A stretch of DNA of 48,046 nt from a bacterium (GTDB lineage: Bacteria; Margulisbacteria; Marinamargulisbacteria; JABGVJ01): assembly GCA_018646105.1 (NCBI GenBank), contig JABGVJ010000050.1, positions 1 to 48,046 of the forward strand, in the 5' to 3' direction. Numbering within the stretch: the first letter of the stretch is position 1; each line of letters starts with the position of its first letter. A program made the translations under genes and the position numbers. Below, piece by piece: positions 43,254 to 48,046 of the stretch. The notes under the pieces are model-generated. The model saw only the letters and a list, made by a program, of their open reading frames with translations. It searched no databases and was not told the DNA's origin.

Positions 43254-45263
43254 ATGCAATTTAAAAATAAATACCTAACTTATTTCATATATTTCTTATT
43301 AGTTGTGGCTATCCTCGTTGCCGGTAATATAACGCTTCGTCGTTACCAATTTGAAAATCAAAACCATAAAATAGAAGTTATCCTATCTTATCAGGAACTA
43401 AATAAACTTGCTTTACTTAGCGGCCAGGAAAAACCAGAACTTTTTTCTACTCTAAAAAAACTAGGTATTACTTCTATAGCTTTAGAAGAAAACACCATTG
43501 CTGACTATGAAAACAACGGTGAGCTTACGATCCTCAAAGGCTCCGAAATCGTCAATAAACAAAGAATCGGCAAAGCCTACCGTTTCATTCTCACTCACCT
43601 CAGCGCCAATATCAATTTAAAACGCGACAAAAACAAATATTATCTGGTCATCGACCGCCAAAGCACTTATGACCGACTCAAAAATTTTCTTCAAGCCGAA
43701 CTTTTTGGCAATATACAACAAAATATTAAATGGAATATCCTAGAAGTTAGCGATACCCTGGAAGATTTCCAGCAAATTGGCCTGGGCATTTCCGAAGATG
43801 CCATCAAAGAAATAGAAAGTTTTGGATTTACCGTTATTCCCAGATTGAAAAATGCCAACCGTTTCAATGATTCCCTTTTAGAACTCAAATTCCTTACTCT
43901 AAGTAAAATCAAAAACCCTCATACCTTGATCTTCGCCGAAGACAGTGTTTTAGGGTATCCATTATCGCAAAACCTACAAAAAACCGCGCAAAAAATCAAA
44001 AACCTTAATCTTAATTTTGGTTATATTGAATTTGCCCATCAAAAAGGGTTTTCTCATCTTGCTTTAGAGCTACCTTCTTCCGTCCTCCGTGTCTTCAGTC
44101 TTTCAGAAAAACAAATGACCAACATTTCTGCCAAACAAGCTACTGAAAAATACTTGCGTGCCGCCAAAGAAAGAGGCTCTCGTATACTTTTCTTGCATCC
44201 TTTTTTCAATCATTATACTGGTCAAAACATTCTTGAATATAATCTAGAATATTTCCAATCTGTTCTCCAAGGTCTCAAAGAACTAGGGCTATCCCCTACT
44301 AGTATTACCAAACCCGCTATCCAAAACTACCAACCTGCTAATCAAGTAGAAATATTATTATTAAGCCTAGGCGTATTTGCGGCTTTGCTTATCCTTACCA
44401 ACTTATTTATACCGTTAACATCACTTCTCAAAATAGCCCTCGCTTTTGGCCTTTTCCTTACCGGGCTTATCTTTTGTTGGGTCTTTCAATATTTTAGTTT
44501 CTGGCACAATATCATGGCCCTTATTACAGCCAGCATTTTCCCGGCGTTAGCCATCATTTCCCAATTCCCAAAAACCTTTCCTCCCACACCAACCCTTAGT
44601 AAAAAAATATCTGGCCTTTTGTTTTATCTTTTAAAAATTACCGGCATCACCCTGCTCGGCTCCTTACTAATTACCGGACTATTATCCAAACCTGTTTTCC
44701 TGCTCAGCATCAAAAGCTTTAGCGGTGTCAAAATATCTTTTCTCAGTTCTTTAATCTTAGTAGCTCTTTACTTTTATCTCACTCCTGCTCGTATTTCTTC
44801 TTTTCTATATGTCTTCAAACGTTTGTTTTTCGCACCTGCACGCACAGGCCCTTTAACAGCCGCTTTTTTTCTTTTTATGTTTATTTTAATTTATATTATC
44901 CGTAGCGGAAATTATATCAATTTTGAAATTCCTTATTTTGAAGAATGGCTACGCAGCTCTTTAGAAAGAATTCTCTTAGTCCGGCCACGTACCAAAGAAT
45001 TTCTCATTGGTTATCCTTTTCTTATTTTCGGCTTTCTTTATGCTCAAAAAAATATCTTTGTTTCCAAAAACTGGCTTTGGTTTTTCAATAGTATCGGTAC
45101 CGTAGCTCTTGTTTCCCTAATCAATTCTTTTTGTCATTTACATACACCGCTACTCATTTCTTTTTACCGTAGCTTCCTAGGACTTGTTCTTGGAATTTTT
45201 ATTGGAACGCTATTACTTGGTTTCTTCTATGCTTTAAAACATTTTTCTAAAAAAAGCCACTAA
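43254..45263 (+). CDS. Large polytopic membrane protein: N-terminal anchor, ~340-aa soluble domain, C-terminal block of at least 8 TM helices
   Basis: Hydrophobicity pattern read from the translation. No catalytic motif recognised. Directly followed by rnc with a 4-nt gap. Confidence 0.75.
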   Translation: MQFKNKYLTYFIYFLLVVAILVAGNITLRRYQFENQNHKIEVILSYQELNKLALLSGQEKPELFSTLKKLGITSIALEENTIADYENNGELTILKGSEIVNKQRIGKAYRFILTHLSANINLKRDKNKYYLVIDRQSTYDRLKNFLQAELFGNIQQNIKWNILEVSDTLEDFQQIGLGISEDAIKEIESFGFTVIPRLKNANRFNDSLLELKFLTLSKIKNPHTLIFAEDSVLGYPLSQNLQKTAQKIKNLNLNFGYIEFAHQKGFSHLALELPSSVLRVFSLSEKQMTNISAKQATEKYLRAAKERGSRILFLHPFFNHYTGQNILEYNLEYFQSVLQGLKELGLSPTSITKPAIQNYQPANQVEILLLSLGVFAALLILTNLFIPLTSLLKIALAFGLFLTGLIFCWVFQYFSFWHNIMALITASIFPALAIISQFPKTFPPTPTLSKKISGLLFYLLKITGITLLGSLLITGLLSKPVFLLSIKSFSGVKISFLSSLILVALYFYLTPARISSFLYVFKRLFFAPARTGPLTAAFFLFMFILIYIIRSGNYINFEIPYFEEWLRSSLERILLVRPRTKEFLIGYPFLIFGFLYAQKNIFVSKNWLWFFNSIGTVALVSLINSFCHLHTPLLISFYRSFLGLVLGIFIGTLLLGFFYALKHFSKKSH

Positions 45264-45267
45264 ATTC

Positions 45268-45996
45268 ATGGACAATATACTTGATCATTTTAAACCTCAA
45301 ATTTCAAAAATAAAACAAAACCTTCAGCTTCAGTTTAAAAATAAAAAACTTCTTATGCAGGTTTTTACACATAGTTCCTACGCCAACCAAATCAAAAATC
45401 CTCAAATCCAAGATAATGAACGTTTAGAATTTTTTGGAGATGCTGTCTTAAAATTAATCGTGACTGAATATTTAATCAAAAAATATCCGGACCTGCCTGA
45501 AGGTGACCTTACTAAAATACGCGCTAGCATCATCTCAGACAAAAACCTGGCTAAACTTGCCCAAGAAATCAACTTAGGAGATTATCTTCTACTTTCGCAT
45601 AGCGAACAAAAAACAGGCGGCCGGCAAAAATCATCCAATCTAGCCAACACCATGGAAGCTTTACTTGGTGCTTACTATCTTGATCAAGGTTTAACAAAAG
45701 TAAAAAATTTCTTTTTCACTATTTTAGAACAATATCAAACTATCTCGCCCCACCCCATCTCCGATGCCAGATCCACCCTGCAGGAACTTTTACAAAAACA
45801 CAATCTACCAATGCCCACCTATACTGTTCTCAAAGAAGACGGTCCCGAACATCAAAAAACTTTTTACATCCAAGCTAGTATTTCTCTCAAAAATCAAACC
45901 ATCACCGCCACCGGATCTGAACTAAATAAAAAAGAAGCCGCGCGTATGGCCGCTCAAAAAATATTACAAATTATCCAAGAAAATCATCTAATTTAG
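45268..45996 (+). CDS. rnc: Ribonuclease III
   Basis: NERLEFFGDAVLKL signature, MEALLGAYYLD, and a C-terminal dsRBD (GPEHQKTF....GSELNKKEAARMAAQKIL). Confidence 0.9.
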   Translation: MDNILDHFKPQISKIKQNLQLQFKNKKLLMQVFTHSSYANQIKNPQIQDNERLEFFGDAVLKLIVTEYLIKKYPDLPEGDLTKIRASIISDKNLAKLAQEINLGDYLLLSHSEQKTGGRQKSSNLANTMEALLGAYYLDQGLTKVKNFFFTILEQYQTISPHPISDARSTLQELLQKHNLPMPTYTVLKEDGPEHQKTFYIQASISLKNQTITATGSELNKKEAARMAAQKILQIIQENHLI

Positions 45997-46417
45997 CAAT
46001 TCGTCTTGTATGTCGACCAGCTTCAAATTCACTATCCAGCCAAATATCTACCAATTTTTTAGCTAACTCTGCCTCCGTAGTTCTAGCGCCCAAACAAAGA
46101 ATATTAGCGTTATTATGTTGCTTCGCCATTTGTGCCGTAAACTCATTATGCACTAAAGCTGCTCGAATTTTTTTAAACCTATTTGCCATCATACTCATTC
46201 CAATACCTGTACCACAAACCAATATTCCTAGATGATCTTCCGCTTTTAAAACCTTTTTCACTACTTTTAAAGCATAATCAGGATAATCCACCGAAATCTC
46301 TTCCGGCACACCCATATCTTCGATTTCTATATCTTTTCTAGTTTGCTGTAAATATTGCTTTAACGTATTCCTCAATTCAAAACCACCATGATCTGATCCT
46401 AAAAAAATTTTCTGCAT
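45971..46417 (-). CDS. rpiB: Ribose-5-phosphate isomerase B
   Basis: [48 protein letters not shown] and RHTRRI. Confidence 0.9.
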   Translation of the reverse strand: MQKIFLGSDHGGFELRNTLKQYLQQTRKDIEIEDMGVPEEISVDYPDYALKVVKKVLKAEDHLGILVCGTGIGMSMMANRFKKIRAALVHNEFTAQMAKQHNNANILCLGARTTEAELAKKLVDIWLDSEFEAGRHTRRIAKLDDFLG

Positions 46418-46477
46418 TATTTATCTCCTTCCTTTTCATTGAACTTTTACTCTTTTTATATTATCTTAAAAAACATC

Positions 46478-47521
46478 ATGATAGAAGAAAATAAAAATGA
46501 AAATCGTTTCCTTTCTTCCCAAAAAAAAGTCGAAGATAAGAAGGAAACCAGTTTACGGCCCCAAAAACTTCACGAGTTTGTTGGTCAAAAAAAATCTAAA
46601 GAAAATTTCAAAATCTTTATTCAGGCTGCTCAAAAAAGAAAAGAAAGTCTGGAACATGTCCTACTTTATGGTCCTCCGGGACTAGGCAAAACCACCATTG
46701 CCAATATTATATCCCATGAAATGAACGTTAATATCAAAACCACGGCAGGTCCGGCTATTGAAAGACCTGGTGATTTAGCCGCAATTTTAACCAACCTAGA
46801 AGAAGGCGACATCCTTTTTATCGATGAAATCCATCGCCTCAACCGTTCTGTAGAAGAAATTCTTTATCCCGCTCTTGAAGATTTTAAATTAGATATTATC
46901 ATTGGCAAAGGACCTTCTGCTCGCTCTATTCGTTTAGATTTACCTGGCTTCACCCTCATCGGAGCTACTACCAGAGCAGGACTGCTAACCGCACCTTTAC
47001 GTGATCGTTTCGGTATTATTGAAAGACTGGAATATTACAACCTTCCCGAACTCAATCATATTATCCAAAGAACTTCTAAAATCCTTAATTTCGAAATAGA
47101 ATCAGATGCAGCTCTACAAATTGCAGGTCGGTCTCGCGGCACCCCACGTATCGCCAACCGTATCTTAAAAAGAGTTCGTGACTGGGCTGAAATCAAAAAC
47201 ACTAAGCTTATCAATAATGATATTGTCCAAGAAGCTTTTTCTGCTTTAAGTATAGATCCTCTAGGCCTAGATAAAATAGATCGTAAATATTTATTAACTA
47301 TTATCCAAAAATATAATGGTGGACCCGTAGGTATCGAAACTATTGCCGCCAGTATTTCCGAAGAAACCGATACTATTGAAGATCTTTACGAACCTTACCT
47401 ACTCCAGCTCGGATTCATAGAAAGAACACCACGTGGCCGCACAGCCACCAAAGCAGCTTATACTCATTTGAAAATACCAATACCACAAAAAATATTAACG
47501 CAACAAAACCAGCTCTTTTAA
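46478..47521 (+). CDS. ruvB: Holliday junction branch-migration helicase RuvB
   Basis: [60 protein letters not shown] and [10 protein letters not shown]. Start trimmed to the ATG at 46478. Confidence 0.95.
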   Translation: MIEENKNENRFLSSQKKVEDKKETSLRPQKLHEFVGQKKSKENFKIFIQAAQKRKESLEHVLLYGPPGLGKTTIANIISHEMNVNIKTTAGPAIERPGDLAAILTNLEEGDILFIDEIHRLNRSVEEILYPALEDFKLDIIIGKGPSARSIRLDLPGFTLIGATTRAGLLTAPLRDRFGIIERLEYYNLPELNHIIQRTSKILNFEIESDAALQIAGRSRGTPRIANRILKRVRDWAEIKNTKLINNDIVQEAFSALSIDPLGLDKIDRKYLLTIIQKYNGGPVGIETIAASISEETDTIEDLYEPYLLQLGFIERTPRGRTATKAAYTHLKIPIPQKILTQQNQLF

Positions 47522-47590
47522 ATTGCATTTTTCCGCTATTTAAGATACAATCTTCTTAACAAATTTAGGAAATAAGTTTCAAAAAAAAAT

Positions 47591-48046
47591 ATGGATATCA
47601 ACGAAAAAATTAACATTATCAAATCTTTTGCTGAAGAAATAGTTACAGAAGAAGATTTAATTGAACTTTTCAAAACCAAAAAAGAAATTATTGCCTATGA
47701 TGGCTTTGAGCCTTCCGGTCAAATTCATATTGCGCAAGGCTTGCTCAGAACCATCAACGTTAATCTTTTAACTTCTGTAGGCATCAAGTTTAAATTTTGG
47801 ATAGCTGACTGGTTTGCCATGCTCAACAACAAATTTAATGGCGATTTAGACAAAATCAAAATTGTAGGCCAATATTTTATTGAAGTCTGGAAAGCCTGCG
47901 GTATGGATCTTAGTAAAGTAGAATTTATCTGGGCTTCAGATTATATCAATAGCCATCCGGAATATTGGGCAACGGTACTCAAACTTTCTATGAACGCCAA
48001 TGTCAAAAGAGTGCTCAAATGTTCTCAAATCATGGGTCGTGAAGAA
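47591..48046 (+). CDS. tyrS: Tyrosine--tRNA ligase, archaeal/eukaryal type (5' partial, runs off the window)
   Basis: Not in the ORF track because no stop is reached. The translation MDINEKINIIKSFAEEIVTEEDLIELFKTKKEIIAYDGFEPSGQIHIAQG...FWIADWFAMLNNK... follows the archaeal/eukaryal TyrRS layout, for example the Methanocaldococcus pattern ..YIGFEPSGKIHLGH...LLADLHAYLN. Confidence 0.85.
   Translation, partial: MDINEKINIIKSFAEEIVTEEDLIELFKTKKEIIAYDGFEPSGQIHIAQGLLRTINVNLLTSVGIKFKFWIADWFAMLNNKFNGDLDKIKIVGQYFIEVWKACGMDLSKVEFIWASDYINSHPEYWATVLKLSMNANVKRVLKCSQIMGREE

Noticed and set aside
1-48046. CRISPR arrays, integrases, transposases, rRNA genes
   Set aside because: There are no regularly spaced direct repeats. 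The GC-rich repeats are irregularly dispersed and in both orientations. No recombinase or transposase motifs appear in any long ORF, and no rRNA-like sequence is present.

Overview
This 48-kb window comes from a low-GC bacterium with a diderm-type envelope (LptD, LptF/G, TolC, MacAB and Lnt are all present). All calls rest on motif recognition in the supplied translations and on reading the DNA by eye; no homology search was possible.

From about 8.6 kb to the right end the window is dense, ordinary core genome:
- Metabolism and envelope: malic enzyme, GT2 glycosyltransferase, an lptD cluster with a TPR protein and an LptF/G permease, tolC-macA-macB, an SDR, plsY, a polyprenyl sugar transferase, malQ and rpiB.
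- Information processing: rpsU, a HIT protein, ricT-holB, an RlmM-like methyltransferase, tRNA-Cys, mutL, trpS, rnc, ruvB and a partial tyrS.
- Cell shape and other: a SPOR protein, maf, mreB, fdhD and a PP2C phosphatase.
- A single ORF that fuses NadD, CoaE and Lnt.

The left ~6 kb looks accessory. It is visibly more AT-rich, has long hairpin-rich non-coding stretches, and carries GC-rich dispersed repeats.

The best candidate for an unusual system is a minus-strand cassette at 985-4230. It encodes a double zinc-ribbon membrane protein, a 799-aa fusion of a complete PHP phosphoesterase with a Rad50/SMC-like ABC ATPase, and a tightly coupled 96-aa acidic protein. It converges on an XRE regulator whose reading frame is split by an A9 tract. 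The large protein resembles, from memory, the single-gene Ppl defence architecture. The companion genes and the context are what look undescribed.

Other points worth a second look:
- A GC-rich hairpin repeat family in which one pair of copies differs by a compensatory change in the stem.
- A palindromic insertion lying in frame inside the nadD domain.
- Paired 16-bp palindromic operators upstream of an extremely AT-rich orphan ORF that is coupled to a sensor kinase.
- A lipoprotein coupled to lptD.
- An Fe-S-type cysteine motif in TrpRS.
- An archaeal/eukaryal-type TyrRS.
- A small, relatively GC-rich orphan ORF.
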